NCBI GenBank assembly: GCA_009838515.1
Contig: VXRL01000004.1
Span: 8,863 to 72,862 of the forward strand
Direction: 5' to 3'
Source: Terriglobia bacterium
GTDB taxonomy: Bacteria; Acidobacteriota; Terriglobia; Bryobacterales; UBA6623
DNA: 64,000 nt
A program made the position numbers and the translations under genes. Below are positions 46,753 to 56,790 of the stretch, piece by piece (position 1 is the first letter of the stretch; each line of letters starts with the position of its first letter). The notes under the pieces were generated by a model, which ran no database searches, had not been told where the DNA came from, and saw only the letters and a program-made list of their open reading frames with translations.

Positions 46753-47925
46753 CTAGTCGGATGGGGGCGCTGCTTCGACCTCTACCCAGCCGCCTTCGCG
46801 GTGGCTGCGCAGCACCGCCTCGACCAGCCGCAACTGCCGCAGTCCGGCATCGAAACCCGGCACCTGGCGGGCCTTCGACTTGTCGCGGCAGGCGGCATAG
46901 AAGCGGCGGAAGAATTGCTTGAAGGTATCAGCGTAGCCTTCCGCATGGCCGCCGGGCAGATCGGCAAAGGAGCGCGCCTGCTCTTCCAGCAACGACGGAT
47001 CCTTGACCAGCAGCTCGTTGTTTCCGTCGCGCCGCCCGATCCACAGCTCGTTCGGCCGCTCCCCGTCCCAGGACAGGCCGCACTTGGTGCCGTAGATGTC
47101 CACAAGCAGCCGGTTCTTGCGGCCAGCGGCGACTTGGTTGATCGTCAGAGCTCCCCGCGCCCGGTCGCCGAAGCGCAGCAGGATCGCGCCGAAGTCTTCG
47201 GTCGTGATCGGGCGGTCCTCGTAGTCTTCCGGCTCCAGCATCTTGCCCGCGTAGGTTTCGATCGGCTTTTTGGGCTTCTTGCGTACCGGGTGAAACGTAG
47301 CCAATTCCGCGCACACCGCTTGGATTCGCTTGCCGGTGACGTGTTCAAGCAGATCGCACCAGTGCGAGCCGATGTCGGCCATGGCGCGCGAATTGCCGCC
47401 CACCTCCGGCTCGAGCCGCCAGTTGTAGTCCGTGTCGAAGAACAGCCAGTCCTGTGAGTAGGTGCCTTGCACCGCCAAGACGTCGCCCACCTGCCCGGTT
47501 GCAACCATGCGCCGCATTTGCGCCACGTTCGGATAAAAGCGCAGGTTGTAGCTGGTGGCATGCACGATGTCCCGCGAGCGCGCCAGATCGACCAAGCCCT
47601 GCGCTTCCTGGGACGTCATCGCCAGGGGCTTCTCGCAGATCACGTGCTTGCCGGCGGTGATCGCGTCGCGGGCGATCGCGAAGTGCGTGTGGTTCGGCGT
47701 GCAGATATGCACCGCGTCGATAGCCGGATCGTCCAGCAGCTGGCGATAATCGCCCGACGTGCGGGCGATTCCCAGCACCTGCCCGAACTGGGCCGCGAGG
47801 TCGGCGGTCTGGTCCGCGATCGCCACGACTTCGGCATCAGCCTGCCTCCGGATGTTCTCGACATGGACGCGGCCCACGAATCCTGTCCCGATCACCGCTA
47901 CCTGCAACTTGTTCATCACTGTCAA
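46753..47925 (-). CDS. Gfo/Idh/MocA-family NAD(P)-dependent oxidoreductase
   Basis: LQVAVIGTGFVGRVHV Rossmann N-terminus and the HVICEKPLA motif. Confidence 0.9.
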   Translation of the reverse strand: MTVMNKLQVAVIGTGFVGRVHVENIRRQADAEVVAIADQTADLAAQFGQVLGIARTSGDYRQLLDDPAIDAVHICTPNHTHFAIARDAITAGKHVICEKPLAMTSQEAQGLVDLARSRDIVHATSYNLRFYPNVAQMRRMVATGQVGDVLAVQGTYSQDWLFFDTDYNWRLEPEVGGNSRAMADIGSHWCDLLEHVTGKRIQAVCAELATFHPVRKKPKKPIETYAGKMLEPEDYEDRPITTEDFGAILLRFGDRARGALTINQVAAGRKNRLLVDIYGTKCGLSWDGERPNELWIGRRDGNNELLVKDPSLLEEQARSFADLPGGHAEGYADTFKQFFRRFYAACRDKSKARQVPGFDAGLRQLRLVEAVLRSHREGGWVEVEAAPPSD

Positions 47926-48464
47926 GACCTCCGCCGAAGCTCGGGCGCGATGGGGCTCCCATCGGCCAGTAAACGAGTGTAGGCGTCCGGCGCGAGCGAA
48001 TTCAAGCTGCCCGCAGCGCCTGCTAGCCGGAATCCGGCGGTTGCGCCCGACTTCGATCCCCGACCTGTGCTCCTCTCGCCTTCTTTGTCCGCGGTGGGCT
48101 GCCTCGAGATTCGGCAGCGCCGCACGGCTAGGTGGGGCCGGGCGATCTTCGCTTCAGGCCACGGCTGACGGCCTGTCCGCTTCGGGGACGCTGATGTTCT
48201 GGGCGTCGGTTGGCTCGGACCGGGAGTTCTGCCGGCGAGCTCTCAAGTTTCTTGCGACATACGCGATTAGGGCGGTCGCTTTTCCTGCATGCAACGCAAA
48301 GAGGTGCTATTCTACTCGCAGCCTTTGGCCCGCAGATTCGTAGCTATGCAAGGAGCTGGTGCAGTGCCTCCCGGCGCTGAGCGCCACCGTGACAGTGCGC
48401 TGGCCCGTCCGCGCTCTAGCTATGCCGGTGGCCGGCGCAGGTCGGCCTTGTTAGAGACGATTGT

Positions 48465-49490
48465 ATGAGGCTGCGCTCTCTCCTATCGCTGTTCTCGCAC
48501 GACCTTGCGATTGACCTTGGCACGGCCAACACATTGGTATACGTGGCCGATAGAGGTGTCGTGGTGGACGAGCCTTCGATGGTAGGTATCAATAACGCCA
48601 CCGGCGAAGTCGAGGCGATTGGCGCCGACGCCAAGCGGATGCTCGGCCGCACTCCGGGCACGATGACGGCCATCCGCCCGATGCGCGACGGGGTGATCGC
48701 CGACTTCAAGATCGCAGAGCGCATGCTCACCTACTTCATCAACAAGGCTCACGACCGCACCTTCCTAGTCCACCCCCGCATCGTGATCGGCGTGCCCGGC
48801 AATATTACCCACGTCGAGCGCCGCGCCGTAGTCGACTCTGCCATTCGCGCGCATGCCAGCGAAGTGCATCTAGTCGAGCAGGCGATGATGGCGGCTATCG
48901 GTGCTGGCCTGCCAGTCTCAGAGCCGTCGGGCAGCATGGTCGTGGACATCGGAGGCGGCACCACAGATGTCGCGGTGATTTCGATGTCAGGAGTCGTGTA
49001 CTCGAAGTCGGTGAACGTGGCCGGCAATGCGATAGACGATGCAATCATCCAATATCTCAAGCGCAAACACAACTTCCTGATTGGCGAGCGGAGCGCCGAG
49101 TATGTCAAGCTCGAGCTGGCCGCAGCGAAGCCGCTCGATACGCCCGCGACGGTGGAGGTCAAAGGGCGCAATCTAACCAGAGGTGTGCCAGCGGCTCGGG
49201 AAGTGACCGACAGCGAAATTCACGGTGCCATCGGAGAGTGCATCGAAAAGATCATGTTCTGCTTGCGAGAGGCTTTGGAACACGCGCCGCCCGAGATCAG
49301 CAGCGACATTTGCGACCACGGGATCGTGCTTACGGGTGGAGGCGCCTTCCTCAAGAACCTTGACCAGCGCATCCGCGACGAAATCGGCGTGCCGGTTACG
49401 GTGGCTGAGAACCCGCTCCAGAGCGTGGTCGTCGGGACGGGGAAGGTCTTACACGACATTGACCTGCTCAGGCGGGTCTCGATGGCCTAG
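48465..49490 (+). CDS. mreB: Rod shape-determining actin homologue MreB
   Basis: LAIDLGTANTLVYV, VVDIGGGTTDVAVIS and GIVLTGGGA. Confidence 0.97.
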   Translation: MRLRSLLSLFSHDLAIDLGTANTLVYVADRGVVVDEPSMVGINNATGEVEAIGADAKRMLGRTPGTMTAIRPMRDGVIADFKIAERMLTYFINKAHDRTFLVHPRIVIGVPGNITHVERRAVVDSAIRAHASEVHLVEQAMMAAIGAGLPVSEPSGSMVVDIGGGTTDVAVISMSGVVYSKSVNVAGNAIDDAIIQYLKRKHNFLIGERSAEYVKLELAAAKPLDTPATVEVKGRNLTRGVPAAREVTDSEIHGAIGECIEKIMFCLREALEHAPPEISSDICDHGIVLTGGGAFLKNLDQRIRDEIGVPVTVAENPLQSVVVGTGKVLHDIDLLRRVSMA

Positions 49491-49522
49491 GGCGGAGGAA
49501 ACGGAGCGAGCGGAGGGTAGAC

Positions 49523-50593
49523 GTGCTGGAGTGGTTGGCCACGCGAAAGAACGGCAGCCTGCTAGGTGCGCTAGTGCTCGCACAGGTGCTGATGGTTGGC
49601 CAGCAGGTTCAGGAGCGTCCCATTGACGCCAGCCTGCGCTATTGGAGCAGCGCCCTATTCATGCCGTTCCAGCGTGTAGGCCAATGGGGGCTCAGCGGCT
49701 TGTCGAGCGTGTGGTCTGGCTACGTCTGGCTCGTCGGCACCACTGCTGAGAACCGGCGGCTTGACGCGGAAGTCTCGCGCTTGCGGCTTGAGAACCACTA
49801 CTTGCAGCGGGAGGTTGTCCATGTGAGCGGCCGTGCCGCGCTGGATGACTTTCGCGCGAGCCTCGTAGCCCGGACGCTCCCCGCCAAAGTGATCGCGCGA
49901 GGGCCGAGCCGCAGCGCCCGGGAGGTCTTCCTCGACAGAGGCCGTGAGCACGGCATCCGGCCGGGCATGGCTGTGGTCGGGCCTGCCGGCGCCGTAGGCA
50001 GGGTCGAGGAAGCACACGGGGCCTTCAGCATCGTGGTCTTGCTCAGCGATGCTGAAGCCGGAGCCGGAGTCGTGCTTGGAAGGAGCGGTGCGCTGGGGGT
50101 CCTTCGCGGGACCAATGGGGCTTTGTCGCACATCGACTATGTGCCGCCCTACGTGGGAGTCGCGGTGGGCGAGCAGGTCTACACCTCGGGCTTGGGCGGC
50201 GTCTTCCCGCCCGGCATGCCCGTCGGGGAGGTCGTCAGCGTCGAGACTACTCCTGAGATGCACACGATCGCGGTAAACTTCCACACTGACTTGGATCGCA
50301 TTCGAGAGGTAGCAGTTGTGTTGCAAGCGGAACATGCAGTACTTCCAGACTCGGTGCGACGGATCCTAGCCCGGCTGCCGGAGCCTTCCGAGCCCGGTGT
50401 CGAAGGCGAGCTGCGCGCTGGACCTGGAGATAGCCCTGCGGATCGGGTCAAGCGCACTTACGAGAGTGCCTTGGAGGCACAGCGGAAGACCATCGGCCTC
50501 CTCAGCGGGCGCCCGCCCAACTTCAGCGCCGCCGCCGACTCGCTGCGCGCCGCACGCGGAGAGATGTCGGGCGCCTCCGGAGAGGCTGAGTGA
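49523..50593 (+). CDS. mreC: Rod shape-determining protein MreC
   Basis: It lies directly after mreB. It has an N-terminal TM segment, a coiled-coil (RRLDAEVSRLRLENHYLQREV) and beta-rich domains (GMAVVGPAGAVGRV; YTSGLGGVFPPGMPVGEV). Confidence 0.9.
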   Translation: MLEWLATRKNGSLLGALVLAQVLMVGQQVQERPIDASLRYWSSALFMPFQRVGQWGLSGLSSVWSGYVWLVGTTAENRRLDAEVSRLRLENHYLQREVVHVSGRAALDDFRASLVARTLPAKVIARGPSRSAREVFLDRGREHGIRPGMAVVGPAGAVGRVEEAHGAFSIVVLLSDAEAGAGVVLGRSGALGVLRGTNGALSHIDYVPPYVGVAVGEQVYTSGLGGVFPPGMPVGEVVSVETTPEMHTIAVNFHTDLDRIREVAVVLQAEHAVLPDSVRRILARLPEPSEPGVEGELRAGPGDSPADRVKRTYESALEAQRKTIGLLSGRPPNFSAAADSLRAARGEMSGASGEAE

Positions 50594-51117
50594 GCGCTAG
50601 GCTTAGAGCGGTCCCGGAGTTAGAATCCAAGCCTCGCACGCGTGTTTGGTGGCCGTGGTTAATCGGCCTGCCGACAGTGGCACTGGGCCTCCAGATGCTG
50701 CTTTCCACGCTCGAGCCAGCTCTTGCCCTGCTCAACCTAACGTTCGTTGCAACGTTCAATCTGATGCTGTGGTGCCGTTCTGCGGCGTCGGCCATGCTGC
50801 TGGGTGCGCTTATCGGTTGCATGCATGACGGCCTGACCCACGGTCCGGTGGGGCTGTACGGGATCGTGTACACGATCAGCGGCTACTTGGCGGTGCGCTT
50901 CGGCCAGTACTTCTGGCACCGTCACGCGCTCGATCTAGGCTTGCTCTTCGCCGCGGCGTACGCGACCCACGAATTCGTCTACGGGCTAGCCCGCAGCCTT
51001 CTGGCGAGCGGGGGCTGGGAGACGAATCTGGCGCTCGGCTTCGTCTTGACAGTGCTGCACGCTGGCGCTGGCTTGTTCGTATTCACTATGCTGAGCAAGG
51101 CGGATTGGAAGCCATGA
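50590..51117 (+). CDS. mreD: Rod shape-determining protein MreD
   Basis: GTGA overlap with the mreC stop. It is a small polytopic membrane protein in the canonical position. Confidence 0.8.
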   Translation: MSARLRAVPELESKPRTRVWWPWLIGLPTVALGLQMLLSTLEPALALLNLTFVATFNLMLWCRSAASAMLLGALIGCMHDGLTHGPVGLYGIVYTISGYLAVRFGQYFWHRHALDLGLLFAAAYATHEFVYGLARSLLASGGWETNLALGFVLTVLHAGAGLFVFTMLSKADWKP

Positions 51118-52961
51118 CCGCCTTCGGCGATTCACGATACAGGGTGCCGCATGGGCGCCTACGCCTGTTTGAGGTGTTCGCGACCGCCGTTTTTGTCGGC
51201 TTGCTGGGCTCTTTCTGGCAGATCCAAATCGTCGACCATCAGCGCTATAAAGGACAGGCGCGCGAAAACCGAGTCAGGAGCCTGCCCACCGTTGCGGCCC
51301 GTGGCGAAATCTTGGACCGCCATGGCCGCTCTCTAGCAGGAAGCGAGAGAACCCATACGGCAATCATTGATCTAGTCACTACTTCCTTGGCGAACTTGCA
51401 GAGGATCACCTCCGGGCTCGATCTGGAAATCGACGGGGTCTGGCAGAGGCTGCAAGACGCCTCGGAGTACGGCGATTTCGAGCAGATCGTGCTCAAGGAG
51501 AATCTCTCGCAGCGCGACCTCGCGTTCCTGCAGGCGCGCCGCAAGACCTTTCGCGAGGTGGACCTGGTCGAAAGGATGCGCCGCAGATACCCAGCCCGCC
51601 AAGTCGCCGTGCATGCCACAGGATACATCGGCAAGGCTAGTCGGCGCGAACTCGCGATGCGGGAGTTCCTGCTCGTCGACTTTGGCTCGGAAGTCGGCAA
51701 GAGCGGCATCGAGCGGCAGTACCACAACTGGCTGGCCGGTACAGACGGCAGACGGCAGTTTCAGGTCGACAGTTTAGGGCGGGCTCTCGGGGTGCTGGGT
51801 GACATAGCCCCCGTTCCGGGCAACAACCTCCGGCTGACCATTGATCTCGACTTGCAGGCGGTTTCCGAACTCGGCTTGGCGGGGCGCAAGGGGGCGGTCG
51901 TCGCCTTGGACCCACGCAATGGCGAGATTCTCGCCATGGCCAGTGCGCCCAGCTTCGACCCGAATCAATTCGTGGTGGGATTCCGAGACGCCGAGTGGCG
52001 CGCCGTGAACTCTGATCCAGCCACGCCGCTGCTGAACCGTGCCATCCAGGGAACCTGGGCGATCGGATCAGTGATCAAGCCGATCATCGGCTTGGCGGGT
52101 TTGCAGGCTGGCGTGGCCGGGCCGGACTTTGAGGCGCACTGTTCGGGGGGCTTGAACTACGAAGGACACTACTTCCGCTGTCACAAGCGTGGCGGCCACG
52201 GCACGGTGGCGCTAGTCGAGGCGATCGCGCAATCTTGCGACGTCTATTTCTACCAGCTCGGCGCCAAGTTGGGGATCGATGTGCTGGGGCGCTACGCTCG
52301 CCTGGGCGGCTTTGGGGAGCGAACCAACGTAGACCTGCCAGGCGAGGTTCCCGGCTTGGTCCCGTCCGTGCGTTGGAAGGTGCGCCGTTCCCTGCTGCCA
52401 TGGCACCCGGGCGAAACCGTCGTAGTTTCGATCGGGCAGGGCGCGATGTCGGTCACGCCGATCCAAGCCGCGCACGCCATCGGCGGCTTGGCCATGGGTG
52501 GCGTATGGCATCAGCCGCGCATGGTGTCAGACGATCAGATGCGCTTGATCGATCCGAGTTACGAGCCGCCCCAGCCGCGTGTGGCGTCGATCCACCAAGA
52601 GCATCTGGCGACGTTGCGCGAGGCCATGTGGCAGGTCGTCAACGGTTCCGGGACCGGCCGCCAAGCGCGCCTGTCCGGCGTGGATGTGTGCGGCAAGACG
52701 GGCACGGCGCAGCGTGTTTCGAACGAACTAAGGCTGAAATCTGGCCGGGCAGACTTCGAAGACGACGCTTGGTTCGTCGGATTCGCGCCGTGCGCGAGTC
52801 CCGAGATCGTCGTGGCGGCGTTGCTGGAGAACGGCGCGCATAGCTACTATGCGGCGGCGGTAGTGCGAGACTTGCTCCAGGTCTGGCTGCTCAACCGGCC
52901 TCACGCGCCTTTGAGCGACGGCAACGAGACACTGTCCCAGTCGCTCGCGGGGCGGCTATGA
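51114..52961 (+). CDS. mrdA: Penicillin-binding protein 2 (elongasome transpeptidase)
   Basis: ATGA overlap with the mreD stop (the track's TTG 51105 is an alternative start). SxxK occurs as GSVIKP and KTGT as CGKTGTAQ. The N-terminus has a TM anchor. Confidence 0.92.
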   Translation: MTAFGDSRYRVPHGRLRLFEVFATAVFVGLLGSFWQIQIVDHQRYKGQARENRVRSLPTVAARGEILDRHGRSLAGSERTHTAIIDLVTTSLANLQRITSGLDLEIDGVWQRLQDASEYGDFEQIVLKENLSQRDLAFLQARRKTFREVDLVERMRRRYPARQVAVHATGYIGKASRRELAMREFLLVDFGSEVGKSGIERQYHNWLAGTDGRRQFQVDSLGRALGVLGDIAPVPGNNLRLTIDLDLQAVSELGLAGRKGAVVALDPRNGEILAMASAPSFDPNQFVVGFRDAEWRAVNSDPATPLLNRAIQGTWAIGSVIKPIIGLAGLQAGVAGPDFEAHCSGGLNYEGHYFRCHKRGGHGTVALVEAIAQSCDVYFYQLGAKLGIDVLGRYARLGGFGERTNVDLPGEVPGLVPSVRWKVRRSLLPWHPGETVVVSIGQGAMSVTPIQAAHAIGGLAMGGVWHQPRMVSDDQMRLIDPSYEPPQPRVASIHQEHLATLREAMWQVVNGSGTGRQARLSGVDVCGKTGTAQRVSNELRLKSGRADFEDDAWFVGFAPCASPEIVVAALLENGAHSYYAAAVVRDLLQVWLLNRPHAPLSDGNETLSQSLAGRL

Positions 52962-54067
52962 ATGCTGTGTCCATGCGCGGCGGCTCCCGCCGGCACCGGG
53001 ATTTTGACTGGCTGATGGCCGGCGCGGCGCTGCTGGTCGGCATCCTGGGATTGTTCCAGGTGTACAGCGCTACGTTCAACACGAAGTTTCACGCGGCCTT
53101 CTCGCAGCATGTCGTCTGGCTGGCGCTCGCGGTCGTCATCTTCGCGACCGTGTCGTACACCAACTATCGCCACTTGGTCTTGCTCTCGCCGGTGCTGTGG
53201 GTGGTCGGCGTGCTGCTGCTGACGGCGACCCTGCTGCTGGCCGAACCGGTGAACGGATCTAAGCGCTGGCTGCCGCTGCCTTTCGGCTTGAGCATCCAAG
53301 TGTCGGAATTCATGAAGGTGGTGCTACTCTTAGTGGTAGCAAAGTACTGCGTTGGGGTCGCAGCCAAGCCTTTCCGACCGTGGGGCTACCTGTGTGCCAT
53401 CCTGTCATTCTTGGCGGTGTTCCTGCTCGTTGTGCTGCAGCCAGACCTCGGCACCTCGCTGAGCATGTTGCCGATTGCCGTCACCGTGCTGTTCCTGTCA
53501 AGAATCCCCAAGAAGTACTGGCTGCTGGGAGCGCTTGCGCTTGTCCTGCTGGCACCTATGCTGTGGGCTTCGCTCAAGCCCTACCAGCGGGCTAGGATCG
53601 TCGGCTTTCAGAATCCGGACGATGCGCCGCTGGGAATCGGCTACCAGGTTCGACAGTCAAGGATTGCCGTGGGCACCGGTGGCATGTGGGGGCAGGGATT
53701 CGTCCAGGGATCGCAAACCCAACTGCGATTCCTGCCCACACCCCACACCGACTTTATCTTGGCCTCGTTCGCCGAAGAGCGCGGCTTTGCCGGCATTTTG
53801 GTCGTTCTGGGGCTGTATTTCGTGCTGCTGATGCGGGTCGTCGGCACAGCCCGGTCAGCGCGGGACCCGGAGGGGACCCTGCTTGCGATGGGTGTCGCCA
53901 GCGTGCTGCTCTTCCACATCATGGTGAATGGCGGAATGGTGGTCAACAAGCTGCCAGTCACCGGCCTGCCATTGCCGTTGATGAGTTACGGGGGGTCCAA
54001 CCTGTTGACGGTTGCGATCATGCTAGGCATCGTCAACAGTGTGCGGATCAGCCGATTCGCGAATTGA
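52958..54067 (+). CDS. rodA: SEDS-family peptidoglycan polymerase RodA
   Basis: ATGA overlap with the mrdA stop. PTPHTDFILASFAEERGF and PLPLMSYGGSN are FtsW/RodA/SpoVE blocks. Confidence 0.95.
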   Translation: MNAVSMRGGSRRHRDFDWLMAGAALLVGILGLFQVYSATFNTKFHAAFSQHVVWLALAVVIFATVSYTNYRHLVLLSPVLWVVGVLLLTATLLLAEPVNGSKRWLPLPFGLSIQVSEFMKVVLLLVVAKYCVGVAAKPFRPWGYLCAILSFLAVFLLVVLQPDLGTSLSMLPIAVTVLFLSRIPKKYWLLGALALVLLAPMLWASLKPYQRARIVGFQNPDDAPLGIGYQVRQSRIAVGTGGMWGQGFVQGSQTQLRFLPTPHTDFILASFAEERGFAGILVVLGLYFVLLMRVVGTARSARDPEGTLLAMGVASVLLFHIMVNGGMVVNKLPVTGLPLPLMSYGGSNLLTVAIMLGIVNSVRISRFAN

Positions 54068-54363
54068 ATCTCGCTCGCCGGCTCGGGCAGCGGCGTCGGC
54101 GGCGGAAGAAGGGTAACAGGGAAGGAATCAACCTGCAGGCGAAGAGCTGGCCGGACTTGGCCGGGCAATGCGTAAGAGCCCCGCACACGCGAGGCGCTCC
54201 GCTTGCCGCGAACGTTCCGGCTGGCGTCGGCTGGTCACAGCCCGCCGCAGCGCGGCCCCGGGGCCGAATTCCGATCGAGAGGTAGGTGTATGAGCTGTAG
54301 GGTTCTGACAGTTACCGCGAAGGCTTGCAGCCACGGAGCCATCCCTTCCCGGAGGATTTTTCC

Positions 54364-56712
54364 ATGTCTCAAGATTTGGTCATCTCATCGAACCCGATTG
54401 AGACGACAGTCGCAATCCGCGAGAATGATCGCCTAGCCGAAATCCATGTCGAGCGCCACGGGAACAAGGCGATAGTCGGCAACATCTACAAGGGGCGGGT
54501 GACCCGGGTGCTTCCGGGCATGCAGTCGGCTTTTGTCGACATCGGCTTGGAGCGCGACGCGTTCCTGTATGTCACGGACGTAGCCCCGTCGGCCGCTCCC
54601 GAGATCGACACGGCCGACGACGATGCCGCCGCGCCGGCTCCGCCCGAGCCGGGAATGCCGGTGGACGAGGCCGGCGATTCCGGTCCCGAGCCGCCGTCGG
54701 CAGCCGCGGTGCAAGCGTCCGACGAGGGTGCCTCGAACGGTTCGCGCGGCCGGTCGCGTCGCGGCCGCCGTCGAAGCAGGCGGGCCCAGGCTGACGAGCC
54801 GGCGGAACCCGCGGCCGAGCCTAGCCCCGAGGACCCGGCGGCCGAGATTGCCGAGGCGGACCCTCCCGCGGACCGTCCGCGGCGCAGAGTGACTCTCTTG
54901 CCCGGCGAATCGCTGGCCAAGTACCAAGGAGACTCCGGGACCGAGGCGCCGGAGGGAGCCGTCGCCGATTCCGCGGCCTCCGAATCCGTGATCGAGCCCG
55001 CTCCCGACGCGGTCGGCGCGGCCAGCGGCGAGTCGTCTTCCAGCGTTGCTGGCGATGGGGAGGCGACCGCAGCCGACGCGGTCGATGACCGTCCCGGCAA
55101 GCCTGCCGACGATGGCGCGCTGGAGCCCCCGGAGAATAGCGCCAAGCTGGACCCGCCCTCGATCCTTGCGCAGTTTTGGAATCCGCTGAAGTGGCTGAAG
55201 AAGGGGTCCGATGATGCGCCCAAGGCGCCCCCTGCGGGGACTGGCGGCGATAGGCGCCCCTCGCGGTCGAGGCGTCGGAGGCCTGCCAGGGCCACTGGTG
55301 ACCGCCGTGCCGCGGGCGCTCGCAAGGGCGAAGGCGGGCAAAGGGCCGACGCCCCGGCGGCCGAGCCGCAGCGTCGGCGGTCCGGGCGCCGCCAGCCGGA
55401 CGCCAGGCGGCCGCAGCGTCCCCAATCCAGGCAGGGCGCGCGGGCCGACCGTCCCAGAGCGCGAGAGGCTAGGCCAGCTGAGCCGCCCCAGCCGCCGCCC
55501 AACATCGCAGGCCTGCTCGAGTCCGGGCAAGAAGTGATCGTTCAGGTGAGCAAGGAGCCGGTGGGGGCGAAGGGTGCCCGGATCACCTGCCACGTTTCGC
55601 TGCCGGGCCACTACATGGTTTACATGACCAGCGGCGAGCACAATGGCGTGACCAAGCAGATCCAGTCGGAGTCGGAGCGCCGCCGTCTGCGCAAGCTGGT
55701 GGACAAGCACTCCGAGGGCAAGGATGGCAGCTTTGTTGTGCGGACCTCCTGCAGCGGCGTCGGCGACGACGAGCTCCTAGCCGACATGGAAGAGTTGCAC
55801 GGCACTTGGGGCGAGATTTGCGAAAGGGCTGGCCAGGTCAAAGCGCCCGCCCAGCTCCACAGCGACCTGGACATTGGCGAGAGGGTGTTGCGAGAGCACC
55901 TCAGCGAGGACTTCAAGGCCGTGTGGGTGGACTCGAAGGAAGATCACAAGCGGATTGTGAACTTCGTGGAACGCTTCCAGCCGAATTTGGCGGAGCGCGT
56001 CAAGCTCTACACCAAGAAGCAGCCCATCCATGATGCTTTTGGCATCACCAAGGACCTGAAGAAGGCCCTCCGGCCGAAAGTCTGGCTCAAGTCCGGTGGC
56101 TACTTGGTGATCAACCAGACTGAAGCCTTGGTGGCGATCGACGTCAACACGGGGCGCTATGTCGGACAGTCGGATCGGCTGGAAGACACGGTGCTGAAGA
56201 CGAATCTGGAAGCCGCGGAAGAAATCGTCCGGCAGCTGCGCCTGCGCGACCTCGGGGGGATTATCGTGGTCGACTTCATTGACATGGAGGACCGCAAGAG
56301 CCGGCAGCAAGTCCACCAAATGATCCAAGAGGCATTGCGCCAGATGCGCTCGCCGACCCGCGTGCTGCCGTTCAACGATTTCGGACTGGTGGTCATCACG
56401 CGCAAGTCGGTGCGGCAGTCGCTGGAGCGGTCCCTGTGCATGCCTTGTCCGGCCTGTTCCGGGGCCGGGACGGTCAAGTCGTCTGAAACTGTGATGTCGG
56501 AGATATTCTCGGCGGCCAGCCGGCAAGCGAAGAACGGCGATACCGACGCTGACGCGCCGGAAAAGGGAATGACATTGCGGGTCCACCCGGAAGTTGCCAA
56601 GTCCCTCAAGAAAAAGGGCGCCCACTTGGACACCCTGCAAACTGTGGTAGGGGCTACCGTGACCGTGCGCGGCGACGTCTCGATGCATCCGGAGAACTTC
56701 AGCCTGCGCTAG
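54364..56712 (+). CDS. RNase E/G-family endoribonuclease with a ~306-aa low-complexity insertion in the S1 region
   Basis: S1 start GNIYKGRVTRVLPGMQSAFVDIGLERDAFLYV. It resumes at LLESGQEVIVQVSKEPVGAKGARIT. Catalytic blocks are VAIDVNTG and IIVVDFIDM, and the Zn-link is CPACSGAG. ATG 54364 is chosen over the track's 54325. Confidence 0.9.
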   Translation: MSQDLVISSNPIETTVAIRENDRLAEIHVERHGNKAIVGNIYKGRVTRVLPGMQSAFVDIGLERDAFLYVTDVAPSAAPEIDTADDDAAAPAPPEPGMPVDEAGDSGPEPPSAAAVQASDEGASNGSRGRSRRGRRRSRRAQADEPAEPAAEPSPEDPAAEIAEADPPADRPRRRVTLLPGESLAKYQGDSGTEAPEGAVADSAASESVIEPAPDAVGAASGESSSSVAGDGEATAADAVDDRPGKPADDGALEPPENSAKLDPPSILAQFWNPLKWLKKGSDDAPKAPPAGTGGDRRPSRSRRRRPARATGDRRAAGARKGEGGQRADAPAAEPQRRRSGRRQPDARRPQRPQSRQGARADRPRAREARPAEPPQPPPNIAGLLESGQEVIVQVSKEPVGAKGARITCHVSLPGHYMVYMTSGEHNGVTKQIQSESERRRLRKLVDKHSEGKDGSFVVRTSCSGVGDDELLADMEELHGTWGEICERAGQVKAPAQLHSDLDIGERVLREHLSEDFKAVWVDSKEDHKRIVNFVERFQPNLAERVKLYTKKQPIHDAFGITKDLKKALRPKVWLKSGGYLVINQTEALVAIDVNTGRYVGQSDRLEDTVLKTNLEAAEEIVRQLRLRDLGGIIVVDFIDMEDRKSRQQVHQMIQEALRQMRSPTRVLPFNDFGLVVITRKSVRQSLERSLCMPCPACSGAGTVKSSETVMSEIFSAASRQAKNGDTDADAPEKGMTLRVHPEVAKSLKKKGAHLDTLQTVVGATVTVRGDVSMHPENFSLR

Positions 56713-56790
56713 ACTCGCGTTCCCTAGGCACCCCCGCGCCGTGCAGGGGCGCTGTCAGCCATACTGATTGGCAGCGCGAGGGCGCGGGCT

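Noticed and set aside
47926-48464. 539-nt intergenic region upstream of mreB as a small-RNA or small-protein locus (track ORFs 47759..48343 + and 47922..48125 -).
   Set aside because: The ORFs have off-frame-like composition and no RBS. I found no convincing promoter/terminator pair or conserved-looking structure by eye. I kept it only as a low-interest note alongside the rne leader.
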